Shown here in pieces: positions 1 through 14,243 of a stretch of 64,000 nucleotides of DNA. The position numbers and the translations under genes are program-made. Origin of the DNA: Lytechinus pictus (Eukaryota). Below the pieces are notes generated by a model. The model was given only the letters and a program-made list of their open reading frames with translations. It did no database searches and was not told where the DNA came from. Location: positions 26,538,001-26,602,000 of the forward strand of contig NC_087245.1 in NCBI RefSeq assembly GCF_037042905.1, read 5' to 3'. Position 1 is the first letter of the stretch. Every line of letters begins with the position of its first letter.

Positions 1-654
1 TCGAATGAATATCTTTGGCCTGCCAGTTGTAATTACGCCCGTATAACCCTGACTCAGGGGATCAGATCGCTGAGGGCCAGCAATATTTGAAATAAGCTCC
101 CCACACTACTTCTATATGTCAAAGTGCAATGCCGCAGAACATTGCAAAAGGTGAATACAGATTTAAGAAAAGAAGGATAGCACGAAAGAAGAAGAGTAGA
201 GAAAAAGAACAGGAGAGCAAGGGAAAGAGGAGAAAAGGGCAAAAAATAGAAGAAATGAAAAAACACAATTGGTAGATGTTAGACTGCCATATAACAAATA
301 AAATCATAAATTTTAGAAGAAAACAGATAGCTCTTAAAAAATGAAAGGCAAAGTAAAACTCTTCGTCAGTCTGTGGCATGAGAAAGAGAAATAAAAATAC
401 AATTGGTTATAATTAATGAAGATCTTATAAGATGGATTAAATTTAAAAAAAAATATTGTTATGCCCAACTTTATAATTGATTAATTTTGTATAATCAACA
501 ATATCCTAGCCAATTAAGTGTAAAATCTTGGATAGTGTCATCATTATTATTATTATTTTATTTATTTATTTATTTATTTATGTATTTTTTGTTGGGGGGG
601 GGGTTAGGTTTTACATTTTCCAATCGCTAAGACACCCTGTGCATCCAACCAATT

Positions 655-1250
655 GCTTTCAGAACAAAGTCAATTAGTTATAAACGCCTAGTAAATCAAA
701 TGGTTTTTGTAACATTCCTGGTAGACCAAATGGCTGGCTGTGGACCAAATGCCTACTTAGACCAATTAGTTACGGACCAAACGCCTAGTAGATCAAATGT
801 TTTTTGTTACATTCTGGTAGACCAAATGCCTACTTAGACCAATTAGTAACGGACCAAATGCCTAGTAGACCAAATGGTTTTTGTAACATTCCTCGTAGAC
901 CAAATGGTTGTGGACCAAATGAAATGACTACTTAGACCAAATGGTTGTAGACCAGACGCCTAGAAGACCAAATGATTGTGGACCAAACGCATAGTAGACC
1001 AAATAGTTTTTTTTGTATCAATGCCTAGTAGACCGAATGGTCGTGGACTAAACGCCTAGTAGACCAGTGGTTTTGTAACAACGTCTAGTAGACCAAATAC
1101 CTAATAGACCAAATGGTTGTGGACCAAACGCCTATTAGACCAAATGGTTTTGTAACAAATGCCTAGTAGACCAAATGGTTATGGACCAAACGGTCAGTAG
1201 ACCAAATGGTTTTGGACAAAATGGATAGTAAACCAAGTGGTTGTAGACCA
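655..1250 (+). repeat. Minisatellite of ~19-20 bp units (core TAGACCAAATG / GGACCAAACGCCTAG)
   Basis: Many degenerate direct copies of (G/T)AGACCAAATG...; no ORF. Confidence 0.85.
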
Positions 1251-1299
1251 TGAAGTTGAGAGTCCTGCGCAGCCTGTCCAATATTATAATAGTTTACCA

Positions 1300-1787
1300 A
1301 CCGTGCAGATATACCTTTCTGCCTGGTTAAATTAACACAATTTCCCTCTGTAACAGGGTGTATCTGCAGATAGACCCCGATTGCCTGATAAAATAAACAT
1401 ATTATCTGCCATCATTTAATCTGGCAAAAAGGTCTATGTGCAGATAGACCCTTTTGCCAGATTACAGCCAATTTTTATAGGGTCTATGTGCAGATAGACC
1501 CTTTTGCCAGATAAATATCACTGTCTTCGCTCCCGAGATTAATCTGGCAAAAGGGTCTATCTGCATTAAATTGGATCTTACAAGAAAAGTAAAGGGATTA
1601 AAATAATAAAAAGGGACTAAAAATAATTTTTCAAAGATAAACTAAGTGATAGAATAGAGTCCACCAGCTAAAATTAACTCTCAAGTATTCTACAAGTAAA
1701 TTAAATGCTCAAACTTCAAAGCTGATTTTCTCAGAAAGTTTTTCGAGGGCGAATGTGCAGATAGACCCTTTTGCCAGATTAGGGCCG
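1300..1787. repeat. Cluster of direct and inverted copies of TGCAGATAGACCCTTTTGCCAGAT; probable non-autonomous DNA transposon fragment
   Basis: Motif at ~1303, 1438, 1488 and 1754; reverse complement at ~1419 and 1542. Confidence 0.55.
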
Positions 1788-2768
1788 TGAAGTGACCAAC
1801 ACTTTGAAGGTCCAACCAGCATGCTGAACGATCGCTACAAATGTTCATGTATGGCTTTCTGAACCATGATTAATTTTAGACAAAAATAGTGCTACATGTA
1901 GAAGAAAATCTCTATACCGGTAATTACAAAAATACAGGCTTTGCATAACAGAGCACATGTAAGGTTTGATGTCTGACTCGAACACTTGACAGTTTTCTTC
2001 TTTGCATTAAGTTTTGCTTGAATAGTTTAACAAAACATTGAAATAAGTGCAGGTTTCACGAGCACACTACATGTATGCAAATGAGGAAGTTAATGATGCC
2101 ACATCCACACTCACTTTTTCCAAGGTTTTTAAAAATCCATCTAATTTTCAAATACATGTACTTTAGTCATAGTCATAGATTAAATACTTTTTCCCTCAAA
2201 AACGTAGTGTACACATACATAAGTACACAATGGGATGAGTTGGTAATTTTTTTTTACACTTTTCACATAAAGCCTTTCTTCATGTGCATTTGAGCAGATA
2301 CATGTAGTGGCTACATGTAGTCTACAAAGAGCCTGATTAAAGCTTTGGTATTAAGGGTCAATAATATGAATTATACTCGATTCTAGCATTCCAATCGAGT
2401 TTAACTTTATTCTTTCTCATACTTGAGAAGTGGTGTTACATTACAAAATAAATGTTCTATTTTTAACAGAAAATGCATCAAGATAAATTTACGAGTAAAA
2501 TGAATGAAAACAAAATAACCCATAGCACATTTTATATCCTCCACACAATAGCTACATGTACATGTAAATACATGCTACTGCTACATGTACGTTCATATTG
2601 TGTAATCTGGTAACGAATAAGATTTGATAAGACTTATATTCTAAAGATAGTTGATAATTAAATTTCAAAGTTTGATTTCATTGTCAGATTGAAACAGTAA
2701 ATACTTTATACTTCAGGTTTTTACAGTCTTAAATGGATAACAATATTATAATATACTGGAATGTTTTA

Positions 2769-3150
2769 GTGGAGCGTTGTTGCCTGGCAGTGGATTATAG
2801 TCTCTGGACTTTGAAACAGAGGGTCGTGGGTTCAAATCCCAGCCAACAAGAAATTTATCCATATTAAGCTGCATTCAACCCAGGAGAGGTAACTGGGAAT
2901 TAATTTCTTGAAATGTGTGTGTGCTATAAAGTAATTATGGCTGCCAAGCTAAAGCTGGGGTAATTATCCAATTCGTTTGGAAAAGCATCAAGATAGCCAA
3001 TCAAGGTAGCTGTGCTAAAGCCAGTAAACATTATCATGTTAAGCAGGGCCCCCTGGGAGGACAGATTTTGGAACTGAAGTGGCTACCCTTGGTAAAGTAT
3101 TACATTATTATTATTATATTTATTATTATTACTATTATCATTATAAAAGA
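2769..3150 (+). mobile_element. tRNA-derived SINE
   Basis: tRNA-like head with B box GGTTCAAATCCC, a core shared with copies at 13964, 46388 and 50184, and an (ATT)n tail. Confidence 0.75.
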
Positions 3151-4195
3151 AGAAGTTAGAATCAATTCATTATGTGCTATATATACTGTTTATTAATATT
3201 ATCATTATTAATAATCAAGCAATGAAAAATTGTAAATGAAATTAGAATGTAGTATGTATTTTAGTATATAATGTGATCGTGTCAAACTCAAATCACAAGC
3301 CTCTATTCCTTGTGGTCCTAAAAACATACATACTTTATGTGTAGTCATAATGTAACCTTGGTATTCATGCCAATCACTCTACAGTGTATTACTTTGAGAT
3401 TTTCAAACAAAAATTTAACTTGAACTGCAATTCACATAACTGAACATTTACCAAAAGTTAAACTATAATATTTACATTCTTAAAATACTTATGGGGAAAA
3501 AGTGCGCTTCATTTCGAAAAAGTAAGAAAAGTGCATATTACATGTAAATGCAATTAAAATTATGTGGCTCCAGCTTTTTGACCGCAAACCCACATGTAAT
3601 ATGTGGTAAAACTGGTAATGATTTTATAAATGAGTATAAAATACTATTTCTGTACACTGACATGCCTACACATATCTTTAATATTTCATCATTTTTAGTT
3701 ACATGTATACTAGAGCCTACATGTACATAGTTGCACTAGTCTGAGTAGTCTCTGTTTAATGTAAATGTACATCTCACAGTCCGATTTCCAATAATGTGTA
3801 TAAACAGAGCTTGAATAGCCTTGATTGTGTTCACTACATGTACTTGTATTATAATGGCAATTTAATTGGCTCAGAGATGGCGAGATATGTTACCATGGTA
3901 ACTGTACACCTGTTGATGTGTGCTGTATATTGATGGCTTCAATCAATAAAGATATTAACTACTGTACCAGTACTGAATTTATTCCCATCTACATGAAGGC
4001 TCTTGGCGAGGGATCATCCGGTTTCAGTAGGCAATGGCATTGAAGAGCTGTTTATTAAAGGAGGCTTTTATCTATTTAAAATTAATGTGCCTTAATTAAC
4101 ATTTGATAAATGAAGGGGAAAAAAAAGCATTCATGCAAAGAAATAGTGAGTGGGGCAGTGACATCATTATTTTCATCACCTGCAAACATGCACAT

Positions 4196-7100
4196 GGTCA
4201 TTTTCAAATGTGTGTGACACGACAATTGGAGAGAGTTAAGGGCTCATATCTTTAAACTTAAAGGTTATGAATCAATCATGACTACCCTATTATGTACAAT
4301 GCAGGACTGGCATGGGCCACTACCAGTTTGATTTGAATGCTACAATTTGTTTAGTAGATATGATTGAAAAATGATGCGTGAGTGACACGACAAATTTTGG
4401 ACATGGGTTTCTGACCATTATCACTTATGATTGGATTCGTGCCCAAGTAGCGGTCCAGGAGTACTGTGAGTACCCATACATGTACGTAAATAGTGTACCT
4501 ATCTAGCACATATAGTCAGAATCAATCAAACCTTCTCTATTGAAAATGGTGCCCTCCTATATACCGTAAGTGACACGACATCCAAAACGTGAGTGACACG
4601 ACAAGTGCAAAAATACAACATTTATCTCAACAATGAAAGTATTTTTTGCATGATTTACAAGAGTTTAATCCCATCAACCAAAAAACAAGCTTAATTACAT
4701 AACACCTGCCTTTTCAAAGTTGATAATGTGTCATCCTAATGATTTATTCTTGGTTTATGGTCATATTTGCCCATCAACTCACATTCCCTATACCATACCG
4801 CATTATTGTCACACTCGGGCTTCTACCACTCTCCTCTTTGGAGGAGGAGGCACTTGAAGGAGGTGTTATGTGGTCTTGGCATTGACATCAACTCAAACAT
4901 TCTTTTTGTGGCCTGATTTCATTCAAAACTTTAACTCTTTATCTGTATTTGACAGTTTACGGGTTTACAATTCAGCATCCACAAATGATGGAATATTTTT
5001 TCCTTGTAAGAAAGGTATTCTCAATAGTCACTCGCACCATCTGGCATGGTTTGGTAGCCAATGATGTCATTTATGACTCCTTTTTCTTGAAATATTGGAT
5101 TACAATATTATCCTCCTTAAATATTTTAGGCCTTGTCCAAATAGGACTTGGCAGCTTCACTGTCTTTTTTTTGTACACTGTACCAAACCACAGTTACTTG
5201 GCTGCACACTTCAGATAGATAAATCCGTGAGAAACTTTAATAGGGATCAAGTTCAACTCATTAAGCATTGGTTTTCTCCTGAACACTGCTTGTATGTGGA
5301 CCCCTCCAAAGGCACTGTAGGCCTACCAAAATTCAGAGTTATGATTTTTTAGCAGGAATCTTGCAAGCTGTTTTTCATTGCTAATTATCATATCTGATAA
5401 TAAACCAAACCACGAGTAATACATGGAAAGCCACGAGGTGAAAGACGCATAGTTAGTACCTGATTCTTGCAAAAAGCCACAGCACAGTCTGTTTAGTATT
5501 ACCTACATGTACAACTTCATATCATTAGCCTTTCCTTTGATGAGCCCTCGGATGTTACACTGAAATTCAATTCAGCATCCCCAACCATCAAATACTCCCC
5601 CTATACCTCTATAGCTTTTTCCCACGAGGTCCAGCTCAGTTCTAACCAGGGTACCCCCCAAGAAAAATTGATCTACATGAAAACAAGGCAACTCACCAAA
5701 GTTGCTTAAATGCAAATTTTCGGTCTTGGTTGGGACTTGTTGGTACCTACCTAATTTACTCTATCAATTTTTGTGTGTAATGCAAATCTGCTCTGAACCC
5801 ACATTGGCCCGCTCACGGTAGTTTGCTGTGTAGACCCTAGTTCATCACTAGGGGTATGAATGGTGGCCGAACAAAGAATGATTTTGAACCAGGCATGTAG
5901 CTACTTCAAGCAATATCCAGAATGCTCTTTAAATCTCAGTGTATTCTCACCTGAGATGTTCTTGCAAAAAAATTGTTTATTTCATGTCCTCGAACACATG
6001 CTTTGTGGCAAAAAAGGTTAATTTCAATTAATCAGAAGGAAAGAGGTTTTTCTGATTTTGAAAGAATGTTTGGTGTTCACAGAGATTTCTTCATACTCTT
6101 TTCTACCATAAGAATATTTTATCTATTTCTGCAAATTTCAAAATAAGATCCCTGACCTTGTTACAAGTAGCTTTAAACCTTTCTTAATTAGTAAGACAAA
6201 GAAATAACATTCCTAAAAAGATAGGTGAATGTTCTGCTCATTTCTGTAAATGGAGACAGAGAATGTTTAAGTCATACCTGACTAACTTGAACCATCGCCA
6301 AATCTTTATGCACTATAAATATGTTCATTACTATGTATAGTGGTTTTCTCTTGATATATTCATAATTTTGTGTTGATTAATTATGTTATATTCTTTTATC
6401 TCAGTACATCATTAAAATATGAATTAGGATCCGAGTCTTCACACGAATGGAAAGTTGTCAAGATTTTTGAAACTGAGGAAACCATGGAGAGGAAAGAAAA
6501 TAGATGAACTCAACGTCAAATTCAATATTTCCATTGATAGGGGTGAAGTTGGGAAAATGGAAAAAATATTAGCCTTTCATAGGCCTAAATGATGTCAGGA
6601 ACAACATTTTGACTCCATCCCTGAATTTATCTTGTAAAATGCTTTAAAAATTATTCGATGTCCTTTTTTATACACAATATGAGACCGTGAGTGACACGAC
6701 ATTTCATGAGTGACACGACATTGTGAGTGACACGACACAACTTTAACAGTTAATTATAGCTTAACCTTAACACTTTGGACCAAGTTACTTTATATACAAT
6801 AAGGTATGGGAAAACTGTATTTGCTCCTGTACTGGGATAAATTAATTTTCAGAATACACATAACTAGAAAACTTTTTGTCTTTTAAACGTGAGTGACACG
6901 ACATCCAGTTTTGAAAACTTTAAAGATCTACTTTTTTCAGAAAAAACACTTCAGATAATTTTGTTTCTTATTTAGGAGTTAGATACAATACAGAACTTGT
7001 ATCTTACCAACAAATACGCTTCTAATACAAATTTTATATTGTGATAGGCAATATGTGAATTTTAATGCAAAAATCAGCATTTTGTAACATTAAATTTCCC

Positions 7101-7262
7101 TTGCACTAAATTCACTGTATTTCCAGACAAAATTAATAATTTTATGTAACTGAAATGAAAAAACATACTTTGAGATGTCTAGTTTCAAAAACCATTGAAG
7201 CCTACTGATTTTGAGCAAGTTTTAATTTTCACCCCCATGTCCACTTATGTTTGAAAATGACC
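4196..7262. mobile_element. Decayed 3.07-kb TIR DNA transposon with 4-bp TSD (Sola-like)
   Basis: 13-bp TIR GGTCATTTTCAAA...TTTGAAAATGACC; TSD ACAT at 4192-4195 and 7263-7266; motif GTGAGTGACACGACA repeated near both ends; no intact ORF inside. Confidence 0.75.
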
Positions 7263-10012
7263 ACATGTATGTGCCAGCAATGGCATAATGACCCCCAAAA
7301 TTTTAAGGGAATCAGACACAGTGTATTGGGCAAATTTTTTTACTTTTTTAATATCAAACTTTAATCATGTGATAGATTTTGACAAATATTCAAAAAACAG
7401 TACAATATTTCACGCACCCTTTTTTCCTTTCCTTTTCCTTCATTTTCTCTTTTTCGGGCCCTTTGTCATTGTTTTATTTATTTATTTATTTTTTTTTTGG
7501 GGGGGGGGGGTTGTGGCTCCCCAAGCCCCCATCTTTATGACATATTATGTACATACATGTACATAAACAGTTAAATGTGAAATAAAGTTAAACTTTAAAA
7601 TATAACCTCACTTTACATCTGATTTTGCTGAAATTTCAGCATTACACTTGTTTCATTTGGCTTTTGTAAAATTTCAAATCAACTTTTTCTTCAGGGAGAC
7701 TTGCCCTTTAAGAAATATTTAGATTCTGAAAGGCTTATCGACCAGTCTGCCTGGTCCAAATATGATTTGTTCAATTGAAATGAGTTTTTTTTTTCAACAA
7801 TCCCCTCTTATCAATTCATTGATTGTATTCAACAATTACACAACTGGGTAGCACATTACATTTACAGATTTCTCAAGATCATCTTAAACCACTCTTGTAC
7901 TCACTACACTTAGCTTCCTTTGAAGCAGAGAATAACGTTCAAATTTACTCTTATTGACTACAAGAGTACATACAAAACACTGTTTGACTCTGTACCTACT
8001 ACATCTAGAGCACCGTACAGCAGATAGACCGGGGACCCTCTCTGTCTCACATTTTCAATAACTTTTCAATTTACTGTATGTCTGCTTCAAAAAATACTGG
8101 AACAATTTGCCACTTAAAATAAGACAATCTGACTTCATTGCTAATGATATGCCAGGAAACCATTGAAACCCATCTCTCATAGGCCTATAGTTTGTAGTTT
8201 TACTTTTATTTTTTATTTTTTTTTTATTTTTACATAGTTACACACAATTTAATTCATTACAAGTGCTTTGGGCTTAATGAGAAAAGAGTAAATACGTTTA
8301 CAAGTAATGATAATAATGATGAGCGAATCAGAGCGATCAGTGTTGCGCAAGGGTAGATTGTGTGGCAGGTTGGATGGGGGACGGGGGAGGGATGTCTCAA
8401 TCTGCACCATGTGTGTATCAAGTCATTCTTCAACTGCCATAATAATACTTTTATTACAGGAATTAACAGGAAGACAGTAAAAATGTAAAAACATGTATAT
8501 GTACATGTATGTTAAGGAAAACTCTGAATTTTTATTCATTAAAATCAAAATAATCACCAAATGATATGAACTGAAACGATATTGACCTAGATCTACTGTT
8601 ATACAGAGAGAAAAATGTCAAATGTAGATCAATGTGGATCAATTCAGAATATTGGTGATTCATTGCAGCACTGGGACTCATGCCATGGTCACCACAAACT
8701 AAAGTGTGAATCTAAACTAAACTCTGCCTGAAGTCAAGACAGAGTCCATGGTACTAATACAGAAATTTGCTGGCTTGTACATTTTTTAACCTATCCAACT
8801 GAAGTTAAGTCAAGATGTGCACATAATAATAAAATCCGATTGACAGTATAAAAACAACAGTCTAATGTTGACCAGGTAATTATTTTATTCATATTTACTT
8901 CTTTTTGTCGCCTGTCCTGTTTTTTCCTCTTCTCATAAAGTTAATTGTAAAAATGAAAATGGCTATCATGATCACATTCGTGATTTTAACTTACATATAA
9001 ATTTTTGACTTTAAGAGTATACTCTACTGTCTGTAAACGTTAGTACGTTTCTTCTTCTTTTGTAAAGTATGGCAGTGAGTCCAAACTTTGCATGTGTCCA
9101 TACTAAACTGACGGTCATTATCTAAAAAACTAGCCAATATCCTTAACATCTGACATTATCAACATGAAAATCAACCTGAAATTATCCTTTGGTGAAAGTT
9201 TCTTTAGGATGAGTTCAGTATTCATGAAAATATTGACAAAAAAATTGGCAAATCTGTCACCGTTAGCGCCCGTTCCAAAGAAATCTGACGTTTTAACAAG
9301 CATCACGATAACGTCATTTTGCAAGCAGATATCATTTAAAAATGTGAGTTAAATGTGGTACCGTACTGACCAATTTTATACAGCATTTTGCCGTCAATCT
9401 GATATAAATAGATATAGATCTATAGACCTTTTGAGCTTGAGTTTTTGTTTAAATCTCCACAAAACTTTGGTCGTGAAAGCAAAGTTAGGTCACGTTTTTC
9501 AGAACAGATTTCCAGCACAGCGCGCATTCATCGATCGGAATAGAAATTTGAGATCGGAATACCGGCGAAACCCATTGACCTACTTCCCACTTCGTCAATA
9601 ATTCTATAGGGTCTAGTTTACAATCTTGCCGTCAATTTGATAGCTATTGGACTCTATTCAAATTTGCATTAAAATGTGAATTTTTTCAAACAAATTTTAG
9701 CCTGATGAATATTTTTCTAAAGTAAATGTCCATGAAGTTTGGACACCCCGTCATACAGACTGCCATTGCCTTGCCCTTGGCATTATCGTACTCTCTAATT
9801 ACAGACTACAGTCTCTGAGTCTCATTCTTGATCTAGTAGTACTAGTAGTACATGTAAAAAAAAATGTAAGTAAAGTAGCAAAAGTAGTAGCATATTAGTA
9901 TTAATTAAATATTATATCAATCATAATTCATACTGCCCCTCCCCCTTCTGAGCCTGGGCTGGAACATGTAGCCCATCACACTCACAGTGTATCTTTAGCT
10001 TTAAGAACTTAC

Positions 10013-10032
10013 CCAGAATCTACGTGAGACAT
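10013..10032 (-). CDS. Putative first coding micro-exon (MSHVDS-G) of a minus-strand gene continuing left of the window
   Basis: The minus strand reads GGAAG ATG TCT CAC GTA GAT TCT GG|GTAAGT (consensus donor), just downstream of a CpG-rich region. No further exons were recognised. Confidence 0.4.
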
Positions 10033-10540
10033 CTTCCTTTATTATGATCACACGAACAGTCTTCAATTTAATTAGCAATCAGCTGCAAGTTCAGCATCCG
10101 GACGTAGTTGAGCGCAGCAGCAGGCCCGTTTCACCCCGGCAGGTACCGGTACCGGGCCGGTGGATCTTCGACAGCCAGCACCGACAGGAGTCGAAGACGA
10201 AGCTAAATAATTCTGATCAAATTCCGATTAATCCAGAGATCCTTCTCCTTGTTGCACTGGGGACGAAGTGACGCGTTTTAAGTTTAACATCAACCGGCTT
10301 TCCTGATATTCGACTCGAAATTATATTGCTGTTAATATTTCATTATCATGCGAATAACAAAACCAGAGCCGTAAAGCACACATCAATCAATTAATTTCAT
10401 GGTCCCCACACAACGCATTGTACATACACACAATGCGATGCACACAGTCCGCGGTACACGTACACGCCGTCGTTATGGCAATCGGCGTGTGTTTGGGATT
10501 CAGGCAAAAGGTCATCATTATTTACGTATGGTGTCCGGTA
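10033..10540 (-). promoter_or_regulatory. CpG-rich putative promoter/5'UTR
   Basis: Locally GC- and CpG-rich, non-repetitive sequence next to the putative start exon; CpG-poor sequence lies to its left. Confidence 0.4.
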
Positions 10541-13500
10541 GAATCTTGAGGTAAAAAAATCGAATCAAGGGCCTTTTCATCCAAACTAAGCACATCCGGG
10601 GGGGGGGGGGGCTTGTCTGCGGGACATGATGAGAAAGAATTATACATAGAAAAAATAAATAACTGGATAAAAGAGTATATCTAGAATGAAATAAACCAAC
10701 ACAAGAGACTGCATCATCTAGGACGATCTCTATTAGATGATTGCTCTTGCACTATCTAGAACATGATAAAAAAAAAAAAGGGGGGGGGGGAGGGCCCACA
10801 TTTTTTCGGCACTTCCATTATAACATACTGTTGCAGAATGAGCAAATAAAAGACTTGAAATTAATTTTTTTTAATGAATATGGAGCACAATTTAAAAAAA
10901 ATCTATGAGTAGTAAAGTAAGCACCCCCCAAAAAAAATCGTATTATCGAAAGAAGATTCTATTATAAACTTTGTAGCCAATTAATTGGTATCATTTATCT
11001 TATTTCTGTACAAAAAGTAGAATATGCCTGTATAGCAGGAAAAGGAAATTGCTCGCAAAATCTTCCTTGGATAATGCAAACTATGTAAACTGCCCCCATC
11101 TCCCCCTCTCTCTCTCTTTTCTCCCACCCCCCCCCCTTTCTTTCCCTCACTCTCTCTTTCTCTCTCTCTCTCTCTTGTACACACAGGCGGAAACAGGGAC
11201 CTGGGAACGATTTTTTTCAGTGGGGGTGCTGAAATCTCTCCTCAAAAGTGGGGGGGGGGGGAGGAGGGGACCCAATTGAATTTTCCATACTTACACACAC
11301 ACACACCTCTAAGGGCACCACACACACACACCACTACATGAACGATATTACATTCCGCGTGTTGGGCATAGATGAGATAAAAGAGGCAAAGTGGTAATGC
11401 ATTGTACTTAGTTCCAACAGAGTTTATTTTGAAGTCCAAATTTTCGACGTTAAACACACGTCTTCTTCAGGGATACAATAAAGCTCACAGCTATTGTATC
11501 CCTGAAGAAGAAGAAGAAGACAACTTTAAACCTGAGTCTAACCTAAACCCGACTTCCGAATACGGACCACAGTGTTTAATAGGCTGATATGTAGCTTTAA
11601 ATACCAAGTTTTGAATTATACAATGCATATTTCAGCTCGAACATCGAGCTTTTATTATTTTGTTTGATTTACAAATTTATTTTTTAAGTGCTTTGTAAAA
11701 TGTTCGTTTTATTGTGTGAATATCTTTTGCAGCTTTTTTCGCTGTGCGCTCGCTTTATTTAATTTACCAAGTAAGCCTACATATTGTCTCTGTTTATTCA
11801 ATAAGATTCTTTATATATTAATTCTATAACAAATTACTTAAAATCCCCCTTTTAATATATCAACTCATAGATCCTTTTCATGATTACAAATGTGCTTAAA
11901 ATATCCAGTTTTCAGGCCTCAATGTCAACAAATTTCACTCACTCATTATGCTTATAACATTAATAAATACGATAGATAAAATTTTCATAAATTCCTAATA
12001 ACAAAAATTGTCGCTTTTTCAGAATAGGAATAGGAGGATAGTCATCATTTTCATATGATGACAAAATGTCCTTAGGCCAAGAATGTCCAAGTCTCAGGTC
12101 AAAATAGTAATAAAAATATCAGCTCGTACTTCTCACTCGCATTATTAATGTAGGAAAAGACCAAATTTCCCATCTTTTTCAACATGAATAGAGTGTCCCA
12201 TTTTTAGGTCTGAAATCTCAACTTTCCCGCTCGCGCTTTGCGCTCGCATTAATTGTTTGGTTTTATATACCTATACCGTTAATGATTACCAATAGTGCTT
12301 AGAATGTCAACTTTTTAGGTCGGAATGTCAAAAAAATTTCAGCTCGCGCTTCGCGCTCACAATATTTAATAGTTGAAATATGTATCGTCTTAATGGCTAA
12401 TTGCAAAACGTCCGTAACAGGTCCCTTACAGATCAAGCCAGAACCGCTCGCAGTAATTATTTAGCTATACGCATCTTGTTCAGGTTCACACACATTGCCC
12501 AGAATGTTCAATTTTCAGGACAAAATACATAAAATTCTAAACAAATTCTAGCTCGCTCTTCGCGCTCGCACCATCTAAATATGGCTTATGAGATTACTAC
12601 ACTCTTTAATGTTTTTTTTATAAGAATAAAGTTAGAAATGACTGTTAGGACATCAGCGTTTTGCCCCTCCCCCCCCCCCAATTTTTCACGACCAAGAAAC
12701 AAAAAGAGAAAAGGAAAGGGATAAGGGTGAAATATAAAGCCTATTATTTTCAAAATGTTAATGTCAATATCTATCACAAACTTTTATTTTTGTAATGAAC
12801 ACTTTGACATTTTTGCTCGCTCGCTTCGCTCGCAACTTCTTATTAATTTTACATAATACGCCGTATCAAGCCCCCTCAAACTTTTTTGCTCATTACGCCA
12901 CTGGGACAACCCCTTCAAAGAAACAAACAAAAATCAACTTTGAGCGGCCGATCGGGGAGAATATAGGTGAAAAAATTTGCCCCCCCCCCCTATTGGCGGG
13001 AGCTGGATCCGCCCCTTGCCCCCCCCCCCCTACCTTCGGGGAGAGATTTTCCGCCCATGCTTGTACACACAAACACGAGGCATAGTCGGATCCAGGCTAG
13101 GGGCGATGCGCGCGGTCCCGACCCCTCCCCTATATTATGTCGCATAAAAAAAGGTATCGCGTTTGAATGCACAGTCTACATGTATTGTGCAACAGTGATG
13201 CTTTCGGCCCATTCCAGATTTTCTTGCAGTACGTGCAGCTGTATGTTCTGCACTGTCTATCATATCAACCTCCTTTGGACATTCAGAATCTGACCAGGAA
13301 AATTTCCCTGATCTAACCGCACATAAAATCATAACCTTGAGCATGTTCAGAAGGGCAAGACATAGCCAGCACGAAAGGAGTACTTTAATACTTCAATAAT
13401 AAGACCAAGTAAAATTAGAAAAAACAAAAAACTGAAAATTTCATAAAAATCGAATAAGGAATAACAAAGTTCTAACATTTAACAATTAGGCATTATTTCG

Positions 13501-13799
13501 TTTAAACAATTCCATGCATGTCTTTATTAATATGCATTAAGAAAACTGAATATGTAATATCTCCACTTATTTCTTTTGCCAGGAATTTTATTATATGAAC
13601 TTATATTTCATTCCAACTTGGTCCCCCAAGAATGAGAAGCAAAGTGGATTGATTTCTGATTTAATATGTGTAAGATAATCATTGCTGCAACTTATTTTGT
13701 TACAAGGATTAAATACATGCATTAATACTAATGATTTTGCATGATAACATAAGAGAAAGGAACGTGGGAACATGGCATCACCAGCCTAAAATTCAATAA

Positions 13800-13963
13800 C
13801 AGGGGCCGCGGAATGGTTTTCAAAGTGGGGGGGGGGGGGGGGGGCTGACCATGCAAAAAATCACAATCATATGGTCATTTTTACGTTTTTGTACACGGTT
13901 TTGAAAAATAGTGGGGGCTGAAACCCCCTCCCAGCCCCCCCCCCCCCGTTTTTGCGGCCCCTG
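13800..13963. repeat. Short interspersed GC-tract element (CAGGGGCCGCGGAA...G-run...C-run...GCGGCCCCTG); related copies at ~15340, 15737 and 21004
   Basis: Inverted termini CAGGGGCCGC/GCGGCCCCTG and a shared internal sequence across the copies. Confidence 0.7.
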
Positions 13964-14243
13964 AATAATAATAATTATGTCCATTTATAGTGCAGTTATT
14001 ATACTGCGCTTTGATACTTGGTATCATTATATTGTTACCCCTGCTGTAGCTGAGCCGCCATACGGGCGCTGAAGCGTCAAGGAATAAATCCTACCGGGTA
14101 CCCATTCACCTCACCTGGGTCGAGGGCAGCACAATGTGGGTAAATTTCTCGCTGAAGGAAAACACGCCATAGCTTGGAATCGAACCAACGACCCTCTGAT
14201 TGAAAGACGAGAGTTGTATAACCACTAGACCGCGACGCCCCCG
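13964..14243 (-). mobile_element. tRNA-derived SINE
   Basis: (AAT)n tail on the left, core GGGTACCCATTCACCTCACCTGGGTCGAG, and a reverse-complement tRNA-like head. Confidence 0.8.

Noticed and set aside
655..1250. Regularly spaced repeats resembling a CRISPR array
   Set aside because: The units are tandem and degenerate with no unique spacers, the context is eukaryotic, and there are no cas genes.
2769..2845. tRNA gene
   Set aside because: It is the head of a SINE, continuing into the shared core and tail, and has no intact cloverleaf.
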